64,000 nucleotides of DNA. Source: Candidatus Dojkabacteria bacterium (lineage in GTDB: Bacteria > Patescibacteriota > Dojkabacteria > J137). The notes below the pieces were generated by a model that saw only the letters and a program-made list of their open reading frames with translations, was not told the origin of the DNA and searched no databases. The translations under genes were made by a program, and so were the position numbers. The stretch spans positions 229,645 through 293,644 of the forward strand of contig AP024679.1 of the NCBI GenBank assembly GCA_025999215.1, in the 5' to 3' direction. Shown piece by piece: positions 19,569 to 30,079 of the stretch; position 1 is the stretch's first letter, and every line of letters starts with the position of its first letter.

Positions 19569-20369
19569 ATGTCAAAAAAAAGGTTTTCTGTTTGGTTAGC
19601 TCAAGCAAAGTATGATCTTCAAGCGGCAAAAAATTCTTTTGAAAATGGTTACCATGAGTGGGCTTGTTACCAATCAACGCAATGTATTGAAAAGGCAATA
19701 AAAGCTGTTGTTGTGCATGCCGGATGGAGACCGCCTAAGGTTCATAAACTTGGAATTCTTATGGGTATTGCAAATAAGGCAAATAGATTGTTTGAAAGCG
19801 TAACTTTTGATTTTCGGAAAGTTGAGGCATACACTTATATTTCGAGATATCCCTTTTTAAACCCTGGACAAATGTTGCCACCTCATGAATTTATTTCGAA
19901 ACATGACTCTGAAACATGCATTAAAATAGCAGAGGATGTAATTAACAAAGTTGACGAGTTTATTAAAATCGGGAAAATTGAGCGTGGAGGTGTTGAAAGT
20001 AGTGTCAGAGAGATTGAGTCTTATTATTTTACAAAACAAGAAATTGAACAAAGATTAGAACAAGTTGTTCAGCAAATTTTGAGCTGTCCAAAATTAGATC
20101 CTCAAAAAATTTATCTCTATGGTAGTTTTGCAAGGGAACACACAAGACCTCGAACATCAACCATGGATATTTTGGTTATTGCTAATACACAGCTTGGTTT
20201 TATTGAAAGATTACAGTGTGTGAGAGAGGTAACCAAAGGTAGAGAGCCGATAATTGAGCCTTTGGTATACACACCAGAAGAATTTGATGTTTTATTAAAA
20301 GAAGAAGGGGAAGGTTACCTTGAGAGTGCCCTTGAAGAGGCAAAACTCCTTTGGAAAAAAGAAAATTAG
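19569..20369 (+). CDS. fused HEPN-domain / minimal nucleotidyltransferase (MNT) protein
   Basis: The N-terminal helical part resembles HEPN (AQAKYDLQAAKNS...HKLGIL). The C-terminal part has the MNT signature LYGSFAREHTRPRTSTMDILVIAN (G-S ... D-x-D). Confidence 0.5.
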   Translation: MSKKRFSVWLAQAKYDLQAAKNSFENGYHEWACYQSTQCIEKAIKAVVVHAGWRPPKVHKLGILMGIANKANRLFESVTFDFRKVEAYTYISRYPFLNPGQMLPPHEFISKHDSETCIKIAEDVINKVDEFIKIGKIERGGVESSVREIESYYFTKQEIEQRLEQVVQQILSCPKLDPQKIYLYGSFAREHTRPRTSTMDILVIANTQLGFIERLQCVREVTKGREPIIEPLVYTPEEFDVLLKEEGEGYLESALEEAKLLWKKEN

Positions 20370-20418
20370 AAATCTTCCCGTTTTTTAAAGTTTAAAATTT
20401 TATCTATCTAATCTAGTT

Positions 20419-21975
20419 TTATTTTGCTTCTGTTGTTACGCGTAATTCCCTAATAACATTCACTTTTACTACACCAGGATAACTTTGAGTTTCTTCTATT
20501 TCTTTGGCAATTTCATAAGCTAATAATTCTGTATCTTTGTCATTTAGCTCTTCAGGTTTTACTATAACTCTAACTTCTCTACCTGCGTGAATAGCGAATG
20601 CTTCTGCTACACCTTTGTGCTTTAGCGCTATATCTTCAAGTGCTCTTACTCTTTTTACATATTCTTCATAACTATCTCTTCTAGCGCCAGGTCTAGCGCC
20701 TGAGATAGCGTCCGCTATTCTAACTATTTCAGCTTCAATGCTTTTAGCTTCAATATCAAAGTGGTGAGCCTCAATAGCATTGATAAGTTTTTCATCATTT
20801 TTAAAGTACTTCCTTGCTATCTCTCCAGAAATATGATGGTGTTGTTTTCCTTCCTCAGGAGCGACTTTTCCAATGTCATGCAAGAGACATGCTAGCTTAA
20901 CTGTTCGCACATCTGCATTTAATTCGTTTGCTAGGGCTTCTCCAATTTTTACCATTTCAAGAGTGTGTTTAACCAAATTTTGACCATAACTAAATCTGTA
21001 CTTAAACCTTCCCAAAAGCATAATTATCTCGTTTGGAAGATTATTAAATCCAGTTTCGTATGCCATTTCTTCACCCGTTTTTTTGATTTCTTTGAGAACT
21101 TCTTTTTTAACTTTGTTTACAGTTTCTTCAATTGTGCCTGGATGAACTCTACCGTCTTTAAGAAGTTTTTGCATTGCGAGTGATGCGACTTCTCGTCTGA
21201 TTGGATCAAAACTTGATAATGTTACTTGATTTGGAGCTTCGTCAATTATTACGTCAACTCCAGTTAATTTTTCAAATGCCCTTACATTTCTTCCGTCTTT
21301 TCCTATGATTTTACCTTTGAGATTTTCATCTTCAATCGTTAGAGTAGTTGTGGTAGTTTCAGCTACGTAATCTGTAGCGCTGTTGAGCATAACATCAACA
21401 AGAATGTTTTTTGCTGTTTCGTCGGATTCTCTTTCTATCAAATCTTTTGTTTCTTTGATTTTTTTTGCTTTCCAGTCACTTAATTCTTGCTCAATTTGAT
21501 TTTTCAATTGTTTTTCAGCTTCACTTTTAGTTAACTTAGCTATTTCTTCAAGTTCAGTTTGAAGTTTGGATCTCAAAGCTTTTACATCTTTTTTCGCTTG
21601 CTCTAGAGATTTTTCTTTTCGTTCAAGTTCATCAAATCTTTGATCTATTGATTTTAATCTTTCTAAAAGTTTTCTTTCTCGTTTATTTAATTCTTCCTCT
21701 TGTACTCTAAGTTCATCTTTTATTTTTCTAGCTTCATTTTGAGCTTTGGAGGTAATTTCTAAAGCTTTGTTTTCAGCCTCTAAAAGTTTATTTTTGGCGA
21801 TCTGATTTGCTTTTAATAATGCTTCTTCATCAGATACAGGTTTTATTCCTGATTTTTTGAGTTGTAGAAGTAGAAAGGTTATAAGAATAACCATTAAAAT
21901 GATTAAAATTGTTAGTCCAGCGACCAATATATATAGACCGTTCATAATTTTTATAGTAATAAACAAAAACTCCAA
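20419..21975 (-). CDS. rny: ribonuclease Y
   Basis: N-terminal TM segment, long coiled coil, KH-like region and HD domain (LLHDIGK). Confidence 0.85.
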   Translation of the reverse strand: MEFLFITIKIMNGLYILVAGLTILIILMVILITFLLLQLKKSGIKPVSDEEALLKANQIAKNKLLEAENKALEITSKAQNEARKIKDELRVQEEELNKRERKLLERLKSIDQRFDELERKEKSLEQAKKDVKALRSKLQTELEEIAKLTKSEAEKQLKNQIEQELSDWKAKKIKETKDLIERESDETAKNILVDVMLNSATDYVAETTTTTLTIEDENLKGKIIGKDGRNVRAFEKLTGVDVIIDEAPNQVTLSSFDPIRREVASLAMQKLLKDGRVHPGTIEETVNKVKKEVLKEIKKTGEEMAYETGFNNLPNEIIMLLGRFKYRFSYGQNLVKHTLEMVKIGEALANELNADVRTVKLACLLHDIGKVAPEEGKQHHHISGEIARKYFKNDEKLINAIEAHHFDIEAKSIEAEIVRIADAISGARPGARRDSYEEYVKRVRALEDIALKHKGVAEAFAIHAGREVRVIVKPEELNDKDTELLAYEIAKEIEETQSYPGVVKVNVIRELRVTTEAK

Positions 21976-22141
21976 GAGAAGTTTGTCTTAGGAATTTAAC
22001 TCAAAATTTCCCCTTATTAAACCAAAGGGGAGTAAGAAGAATTTTCTTTTTAGTTAAATAATTTGGTTTCAAAGACATAAACTTCATCTTGTTTAACATA
22101 AAATTATAGCACAACATTTAAAAATTTTTGACTTTGGAAGT

Positions 22142-22573
22142 TTAAGAATTTTTTGTAAAATGAGGATTTTGTTGATCGGTTGGTAAATTTTGGGGTGGAG
22201 TATTGTAATCTAAAAATTCGCCTGGCAATGTGATGCTTCTAGCAGTAAGTTCATATCTTAATCTTGTTATTAAAGCTCTCTTGTGTTTTAGAAGTTTTGT
22301 CAAATTTTCAAGCATTCGTTCTGTATCTCTTAATTTTTGATTTAGATTTTTGATTTCGATCTCATTTTGCTTAGATTTATCTTCATTTTGTTTAAAATTT
22401 TGATATTCTTCTAGCATTTTTTTATATTCTTCAGAATCTAAAATTTTCTTCATTAATTCTTCTTCATTTACTCCCTGATTTGTATATGTGTTTACAAGCG
22501 TTTCTTGAGGTTCTTTACCAAAAAATTTTTTGTAAACATCTTTTATCATTTGCTTTCTCTCATCACGATCCAT
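22142..22573 (-). CDS. hypothetical coiled-coil protein
   Basis: ORF only. Confidence 0.3.
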   Translation of the reverse strand: MDRDERKQMIKDVYKKFFGKEPQETLVNTYTNQGVNEEELMKKILDSEEYKKMLEEYQNFKQNEDKSKQNEIEIKNLNQKLRDTERMLENLTKLLKHKRALITRLRYELTARSITLPGEFLDYNTPPQNLPTDQQNPHFTKNS

Positions 22574-22709
22574 AATTTTGGTTGAAGAACTGCTTGTGTT
22601 TGATGAGTTTGTAGAGCTGGATAAAGTGCTCGTATTTGAATTATTGTTAGAATTTTGAAAACTTGATGAACTTTTTAAATTGGGTGGAGTGAAAGAGTTA
22701 AATAATAAA

Positions 22710-23353
22710 TCATCCTCGAAAGTCAGTTAATGGTATTGCTGGTTTTATTTCTCTGGCTTCTTGTTTACTGCTTAATTTTTCTAGCTCTTCATCAGTTAAC
22801 TGTACATAGGCATAGATTGATTCAACTAAATCTTTAGCTATTCCATCAAGCTTAGAATCATCTTTTAATATTTCGGCATCCTGAGGATTATCAATGTATA
22901 AAATTTCTAAAGCTGTACTTATAGGTTTCGTTTGGTTTAGGATAATTAGTTGTCCAAAGCTATGCTCATATTCACTATGAGCTTTTTGGTTTACAAATTT
23001 TGTTCTGTTGCAAAAATCGTTTAATAAAAATTCAGCCAAAGTTTGAGATTTATTTTTAGGCCCTGGATTACCACTATACCACGCTTCCACACCAGTTTTT
23101 CCACCGTCATTAATATGTATTTCAACGAAAATACGTCTCCCTCACTCTCACTGTATCCTGTTTTATTGATCCAATCAATCCGATCAAGCAAATTCATGTC
23201 AAGTGGTACAGTTTTGAATTCTATTTGCTTTTTTTCAAGATATGGAATACAAAATTTTAAAATTTTCCTAGTTAGCTCAGCTTCTTTAAGATCACCCTTA
23301 ACTTGCCCTGGAGCATCTAGAGTGTGAGCAGCTGACAACAAAACTCTTTTCAT
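22710..23353 (-). CDS. N-acetylmuramoyl-L-alanine amidase (Amidase_3), split by an apparent frameshift near 23050-23110
   Basis: ORF 23021..23353 begins MKRVLLSAAHTLDAPG, resembling the Amidase_3 N-terminal AGHGG.DPGA motif. ORF 22710..23090 continues the domain in another frame (LEILYIDNPQDAEIL). Confidence 0.5.
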
Positions 23354-23380
23354 AATTTTATTTTAACACAAAACGAAGTT

Positions 23381-24232
23381 TTACAGAAGTTTGTTGGTGA
23401 GTTCTTTAAGTTCTTCGTCGGATTTGAAAGGTATGACAATTTTTCCACCTCGAATTGATTTAGACAAGCTAACTCTTGGCCCGAACTTGTCTTTTAATTT
23501 CATTTCCAGTTGAGTAGTGTAGGAGTCATGTACCTCAATTGTTTTTTTCTTCGCTAGCTTTTTGCCGCTGTTAAGTCTACGAACCAACTCTTCAACGGCT
23601 CGTACGGATAAATGGTCTTTTAAAATTGCCTTGTATGTTGGAATCATTAAATCTTTCTTTTTGAGACCGAGCAAAGCTCTTGCATGTCCTTCAGATATTT
23701 TATCTTCCAATAACCCTCTCTTGATATCATCGGGCAGAGCAAGAAGTCTAATTTTGTTTGCAATTGCTGATCTTGATAAACCAACTTTTTTGGCAATCTC
23801 TTCGTAAGACAAACCAAATTCTTTAACCAATTGATCAAAAGCTAGAGCTTCTTCAAGCGCATTTAAATCTTCTCTTTGAATATTTTCAATTACTGCAATC
23901 TCAAGCATATCTTGAGGGGTGGCTTCTTTCACCACAACAGGAACAGTTTTTAATCCAGCCAATTTTCCAGCTTGGAGTCTTCTTTCTCCTGCAATTAACT
24001 CAAAGTGTGTTTCGCTTTTTTTGGTAACAAGCAATGGCTCTATAATGCCATGTTCACGAATTGAATCAGCTAACTCAACAAGAGATTCAGGCTTTATTTC
24101 TGATCTGGGTTGATAAGGGTTGGGAGTAATATACTCTATGGGTAAGTTTGGAATAAACCCTCCCGAGAGTCCAGTTAGTTTATTTTCGTCTATGAGCGCC
24201 GATAGTCCTTTGCCTAATCCAGTTTTTTTCAT
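23381..24232 (-). CDS. parB: chromosome partitioning protein ParB/Spo0J
   Basis: ParB box GERRLQAGKLAGL plus an HTH region. Confidence 0.85.
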   Translation of the reverse strand: MKKTGLGKGLSALIDENKLTGLSGGFIPNLPIEYITPNPYQPRSEIKPESLVELADSIREHGIIEPLLVTKKSETHFELIAGERRLQAGKLAGLKTVPVVVKEATPQDMLEIAVIENIQREDLNALEEALAFDQLVKEFGLSYEEIAKKVGLSRSAIANKIRLLALPDDIKRGLLEDKISEGHARALLGLKKKDLMIPTYKAILKDHLSVRAVEELVRRLNSGKKLAKKKTIEVHDSYTTQLEMKLKDKFGPRVSLSKSIRGGKIVIPFKSDEELKELTNKLL

Positions 24233-24271
24233 ATAAATAATACTAAAATATTTTTATTTAAAAATCTACAA

Positions 24272-25048
24272 TCAGATTTTTTTTATTTCAAATTTTTTTA
24301 TCAATTCTTTAGCTAATTTTTTGTAACTTTCTGCGCCTGTTGAGTTGGGATCGTATTCTTGAATAGATAAACCATGTGATGGAGCTTCAGAAAGTTTAAT
24401 GTTTCTGGGAATTACAGTTTTAAACATTTTTTTATCAAAAAAACTTTCAATTTCTTGTTTAACATCTTTACTTAGGTTAGTTCTATTATCAAACATTGTT
24501 ATTATCACGCCACCTATTTCAAGGTTTGGGTTTAGATTAGTTTTAACTAAATTTATTGTGTTGATCAATTGCCCGAGTCCTTCGAGTGCAAAATATTCTG
24601 CCTGTACAGGTATCAATACTTTTTGAGCCGCAACCAAACCATTTATTGTTAGGAGGCCTAGAGATGGAGGACAGTCTATAAAAATCAAATCGTATTGATC
24701 TACAACGCTATCTATTGCTTTTTTTAAAATATTTTCTCTTGAAAAAGCTCCCACCATTTCTATTTCTGCGCCTGCCAGCTCTATTTCTGAGGGTAATAAA
24801 TCTAAGTTAGGAATTCTTGTTTTTATGACTGCGCTTAAAATATCTGTATTTTTAATCAAAACATCATAAACGGTAGGTTTTTCTTTGACCTCTCTTAAAT
24901 TTATACCTAATCCTGAGGTTAAGTTTGCTTGAGGATCAATGTCAATTAATAAAACTCTGTAACCTAAACTTGCTAAATAGCTTCCTAAATTTAGCACTGT
25001 TGTTGTTTTTCCTACTCCTCCTTTTTGGTTTGTTGTTGCAAAAATCAT
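24272..25048 (-). CDS. parA: chromosome partitioning ATPase ParA/Soj
   Basis: Deviant Walker A NQKGGVGKTTT. Confidence 0.9.
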   Translation of the reverse strand: MIFATTNQKGGVGKTTTVLNLGSYLASLGYRVLLIDIDPQANLTSGLGINLREVKEKPTVYDVLIKNTDILSAVIKTRIPNLDLLPSEIELAGAEIEMVGAFSRENILKKAIDSVVDQYDLIFIDCPPSLGLLTINGLVAAQKVLIPVQAEYFALEGLGQLINTINLVKTNLNPNLEIGGVIITMFDNRTNLSKDVKQEIESFFDKKMFKTVIPRNIKLSEAPSHGLSIQEYDPNSTGAESYKKLAKELIKKFEIKKI

Positions 25049-25074
25049 ATTAGAAAAGATTATATTTTGGATGT

Positions 25075-25612
25075 TTAAAAATAGTTAATGGTGGCCAATA
25101 TCTTATTACTCACTTCACCTCTGATCCATTCTTTTTTAACAAATCCAACTTCATAAAAACGTGAATCCTGACTATTGTTTCTATTATCACCCATTACAAA
25201 AAAACTTCCCTCTGGAACAATCAAAGGTTTGTTTTCTCTCAAAAAAGTTCCCTGCTTCAGTTCTTGTGCCTTCAGGTAAATATTCACTTTCATCTAACAA
25301 GGTATCGTTTATAAAAACTCTACCATCAGATATTTCAATTTTATCACCAGGCTCTGCAATTATCCTTTTTATAAAATCACTAAGACCTGGTTTTCGAAAA
25401 ACAATGATATCCCCTCTTGAATAGTTAAGTCCCAATTTGTGTCCTATCTCTGTATCTCCAAGCCAGTTGGTAATTTTGTTTGTAAGTATAATTTCACCTT
25501 GGTGGACCGTGGGTTCCATGGAACTTCCTTGTACTTGATTAGGCATTGCTACCAGAATATAGATTATAGCGCAAAGTATCAAAGATATTGACAATGACTG
25601 AATCAAGATCAA
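25075..25612 (-). CDS. lepB: signal peptidase I, split by an apparent frameshift near 25190-25290
   Basis: GSSMEPT (catalytic Ser) lies in ORF 25187..25612. [11 protein letters not shown] (the C-terminal SPase I box) lies in ORF 25075..25293, in another frame. Confidence 0.75.
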
Positions 25613-25653
25613 GAATAGAATCAGACATTCCTTTTTTTTTATTTTCTTTTAAC

Positions 25654-28600
25654 TCATTCATCTAACTTAATTAACTTAACTAATATTTTGGTTGCAGTAT
25701 CTATGGTCACTTCGTGAGCAGAATCATCATATGCTAGTTTAGTATCTTCCCTCAAAATTTCTGCATTAACTGCCTCTTTGAGCTCTTTTTGTTTAGTTTC
25801 AAAAAGTTTCTTTAAAGTTTCACCATTAAATTGCTGCTATTGTACAATACTCTAAAATTATCTTCTCTTTCATTTCAAAATTCAAATTTTTTCTAACCGA
25901 TTGAATATGTCTTATTATTTCTCGCAATAATCCTTCATTTCTCAATTCTTCAGTTACAAAAGTATCAAGAGCTATAGCTATCTGATTTGTTGCATCTCTG
26001 TTTACGAGTAAATTTTCTTGTTCTTGCAAGTTGAAAAGTTTCTTCAAACATTTTTACATTTAATTCATCCATTATGATTTCTTTCATCCAATCTGAAAAA
26101 ACTGGAATGTTTTGGTTTTTATTTTCTATGACAATTTTGCTTAATGGTTGTCTAAGTTTTAAATTGTTTTCTGTTCTTAATGAGTGTCCTATTTCCACTA
26201 TTCGTCTAACAAAGAGCATTTCATTATCGTATGCTATGTGTTGATTAATAAAATTTAAATCAGCTTCAGGATAATTACATAAATGTATTGATTCTGGAAC
26301 AGTATCAAGTATTCTCACGACAAGTTGCTGATAAATTTCTTCGGTAATGAACGGAGTGAAAGGAGCTAATAATTTTAATGTTTCAACAAAAACATAATAC
26401 AGAGTTTCAAGAGCGCGTTCATCACCGTTTACAAATCTATCTCTTGATCGTCTTATATACCACTTAGAAATTTCACTTACAAATTCTTTGATTGCTCTGG
26501 TGGCTTTTGGAATTTTATAATTTTCTAGTTCATCATTTACGGTTTTAATTGTTTGCTGCAGTTTGAGTAAAATCCATGCATCTAGGGCATTTGTAATATC
26601 ATCGAATGGTATATGATCCCAAGGATGATCATCGTCTGTTACCATTCTTTCGTTGTATGCAAGGTATTCTTTTGGTTGCCAATCATGAATTTCTGCATAG
26701 GTTACAATGTATTTATAAATATTCCAAAGAGGAAGTATTGTTTCTTGAGCTTGTATTTTTAGGGTTTTGGCGCTAATTGTTGTATCCTCACCTGATGCAA
26801 TTGGTGTTGAGAAAAAATTCAATCTGATTGTGTCAGCGCCAAATTGTTCAAGCATGGTTTCTGGAGCGGTATAGTTCCCTTTGCTTTTGCTAAGTTTTGC
26901 ACCGTTGTCGTCCAATACCAAACCACTCATTACAACATTTTTGAATGCATTTGAGTTGAATAGAGCAGTTCCTATTGCATGCAAAGAATAAAACCAACCT
27001 CTAGTTTGATCAACGCTTTCAGAAATATAATCAGCAGGGAATTTTTGTTCAAATTTATTTTTATTTTCAAATGGATAATGAAATCTTGCAAATGGCATTG
27101 CGCCTGAATCATACCAAACATCAAGCACATCAGGGATTCTTTTGTAAACTTCACCTTCAAATTCAAACTCGAATTCATCAATAAATGGTCGGTGAGGATC
27201 CTCTACTTTTTTATTAGTGAGTTTTTCCAATTCGCTAAAGCTTTCAAAAATTTTTACTTTGCCTGATTCACTTTTCCATATGGGTAGCGGAGTACCCCAG
27301 TATCTTAATCTAGAAATTCCCCAATCTTTAATTTCAGCAAGCCAGTTGCCGAACCTTCCTTCTTTTACGTGATCTGGTTCCCAATTAATTTTTTCGTTGT
27401 TATCTAGCAATTCCTTTCTTAACTTACTCATTGCTATGTACCAGGATGTTATTGGTTTGTAAATTAGTGGAGTATTAGTTCTCCAACACATTGGCATATC
27501 GTGCTCGTAATCTTCCTTTTTGAAAAGTAAATTTTTTTCTGTTAGTTTTTGAATTATTTTTTCGTTTGCATCTTTGTAAAATAGTCCTTCAAGATCAGGA
27601 CAGTCCGATGTAAAATCTCCTTGTTCGTCGAGCACATCTATTGATTCAATTCCTACATTTTGGAAAATTTCATTATCTTCAGCTCCGTACGGTGCCAAGT
27701 GAACTACACCTGTTCCTGATTCTGTGGTTACATGAAATCCTTCATAAATTTGAAAAGCATTTTGTTTGTCTTTGAAATAGTCAAAAAGTGGTAAATATTT
27801 CTTACCTACCAAATCACTTCCTTTGAAAGTTTGTACAACTTCAAAATCAATTCCTTCAAAAACTTGCTTTGCTAAATCTTGTGCAACTATGTAATTTTCA
27901 TTATTTGCTTTAACTTTAACATAAGTTATATCTTTACCTACAGCTAAAGCAAAATTTGTCGGCAGTGTCCATGGAGTAGTTGTCCAAGCTAAAACAAAAG
28001 TGTTTGAATCTTCAAGCAGCCTAAATTTAACCGTTACTGCAGGATCAACTACAGGCTTGTAGCCTCCTAGTGCAACTTCAGCGTTAGAAAGTGTAGTTCC
28101 AGCTCTGGTTGAGTAGGGTACAACTTTAAAACCCTCATACAAAAGTCCTCTTTTGTATAACTCGCTTAGTGACCACCAAATTGATTCAATGTAATCTTTG
28201 TCCATGGTTGCGTATTCTTCTTCTGAGTTTGTGAGACGACCCATTTTTTCTTCCAATTCTATAATTTTACCTTTGTGTTCTAAAACTGAATTTCTACAAA
28301 GCTCGTTAAATTTTGCTATGCCAAACTTTTCGATGTCTTTTTTCTCTTTAAAACCTAATTTCTTTTCAATCTCATACTCCACAGGAATTCCTTGGCAGTC
28401 CCAACCTAAACTTCTGGTAACTCTGTAACCTTTCATGGTCCAATACCTAGGAATTATATCTTTCATTGCAAAGGTTAACATGTGTCCGTGATGAGGAGCT
28501 CCGTTTGCGGTTATTGGTCCATCATAAAAAGTTTTGATATTGTCTTCTGGTCTTAGTTCGATAGATTTTTCCAAAATCTTGTTTTCTTTCCACCAGTTTA

Positions 28601-28718
28601 GAATTTTTTGTTCTATTTCGTAGAAATTGGGTTTGTTTTCAGGTTTTTGAAACATAGAGATCCCTGTAACATTTATTATTTCAAAAGAGGACTCTTTGAT
28701 AGAGCGGTACCACCTCAA
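25654..28718 (-). CDS. ileS: isoleucyl-tRNA synthetase; the C-terminal 130 aa are spread over three frames by two apparent frameshifts (about 26030 and about 25830)
   Basis: Class I motifs PHHGHML (HIGH) and KLSKSKGN (KMSKS). The C-terminal tRNA-binding region continues in ORF 25826..26047, and again in a third frame down to a stop at 25654-25656. Confidence 0.9.
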
Positions 28719-28888
28719 TTCCTTGTTATTGCAAGGCTCTCATTTAAAGCTATAACGGGCAAACCCGGATCGTTCTACTAGAATAAATCGTTCTTCGATC
28801 TGCTCCAGAGTGATAGCTCTTTCATAGCATTTACTTATTATATCACAACGAATTTTAAACTTTAAATGTTTTGTTGCTATAATTTTTT

Positions 28889-29830
28889 ATGAAAATTAAC
28901 AAAATTAAAACTATTTTTTTTGGTACATCAGAATTTGCTGTTGCTTGTTTTGAGGCTCTACTTGATATTGAACAAATTGATTTGGTAGCTGTTGTTACTC
29001 AACCAGATAAGCCAGCGGGAAGAAAAATGGAGTTGAAGCCTCCTCTTTTGAAGCAATTTATACTCGAAAATAAAATTAATGTTGACATTCTTCAACCATT
29101 AAGCATCAAAAAAGAAGGTCAAAACATATTAGAAAAATATACACCAGAGCTAATAGTAGTTGCGCAGTATGGGCAGATCATTCCAAAAAATATTTTGAAT
29201 TATCCAAAATTTAAGTGTCTAAATGTGCATGGTTCTATCCTTCCAAAGCTTCGTGGCGCAGTGCCTATTCAAATGGCAATTTTGCAAGGTTTAGATGAAA
29301 CGGGTATTACAATTCAAAGAATGGTTTATGAAATGGATAAAGGGCCAATAATTTTTGTAAAAAAATGTGCTATTGAAAAAAATGAAACTTATGAAAGTTT
29401 GTTAGCTAAGTTATCTATATTAGCTAATTTATCACTTAAAGAATCTTTACCAAAATGGCTAAATGGAGAATTGCGTGAGGTTGAGCAAGATGATAAAAAA
29501 GCAACTTATTGTTATGTTTCAGATGTATCAAAAGACAAGGCGCAGATATTTTTTGAAACTCCTGTTATTCAAGCAGAAAGGATGGTTAGAGCTTTTTATC
29601 CTCAACCTGCTGCATGGGTAAATTTAGACGGAAAAAGAATGAAAATTTTTAAAGCAAGCTTGTCTGATGGTTTTAATCAAAAATTTAATCAGATTCAACT
29701 AGTTAATTTTAAAAAAGAATTATACATTACATTAATTGATGGAAATTTAAAACTTATAGAAATTCAATTTGAAGGGAAAAACAAGGCAAGCACGAAAAAT
29801 TATCTAAATATTGCAAAACTTATTCAGTGA
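28889..29830 (+). CDS. fmt: methionyl-tRNA formyltransferase
   Basis: IFFGTSEFAV...VVTQPDKPAGRK and the characteristic Fmt C-terminal domain. Confidence 0.85.
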   Translation: MKINKIKTIFFGTSEFAVACFEALLDIEQIDLVAVVTQPDKPAGRKMELKPPLLKQFILENKINVDILQPLSIKKEGQNILEKYTPELIVVAQYGQIIPKNILNYPKFKCLNVHGSILPKLRGAVPIQMAILQGLDETGITIQRMVYEMDKGPIIFVKKCAIEKNETYESLLAKLSILANLSLKESLPKWLNGELREVEQDDKKATYCYVSDVSKDKAQIFFETPVIQAERMVRAFYPQPAAWVNLDGKRMKIFKASLSDGFNQKFNQIQLVNFKKELYITLIDGNLKLIEIQFEGKNKASTKNYLNIAKLIQ

Positions 29831-30074
29831 TTTCTAATAACTTTTGTTTAATGTAATTTTCTTCCCAGTATTTAAGCGCAGTGCTTAGGTAGGTTATGGC
29901 TTCATCTCTAGCTCCAAATTCAATGGCAATGATTGCCTTGTTATAATAATTTCTTGCTTGAGTTTTGGGTATTCCTATAAATATTAAATATATGCAAAAT
30001 GCAAAAAAAGTAACTATGCTAACGGTTATAGCTAATAAAAAATTTTTTATTTTGTAATTAAGTTTATGAATCAT
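29820..30074 (-). CDS. small membrane protein
   Basis: 84 aa with a TM segment. Confidence 0.3.
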   Translation of the reverse strand: MIHKLNYKIKNFLLAITVSIVTFFAFCIYLIFIGIPKTQARNYYNKAIIAIEFGARDEAITYLSTALKYWEENYIKQKLLEITE

Positions 30075-30079
30075 GATTT

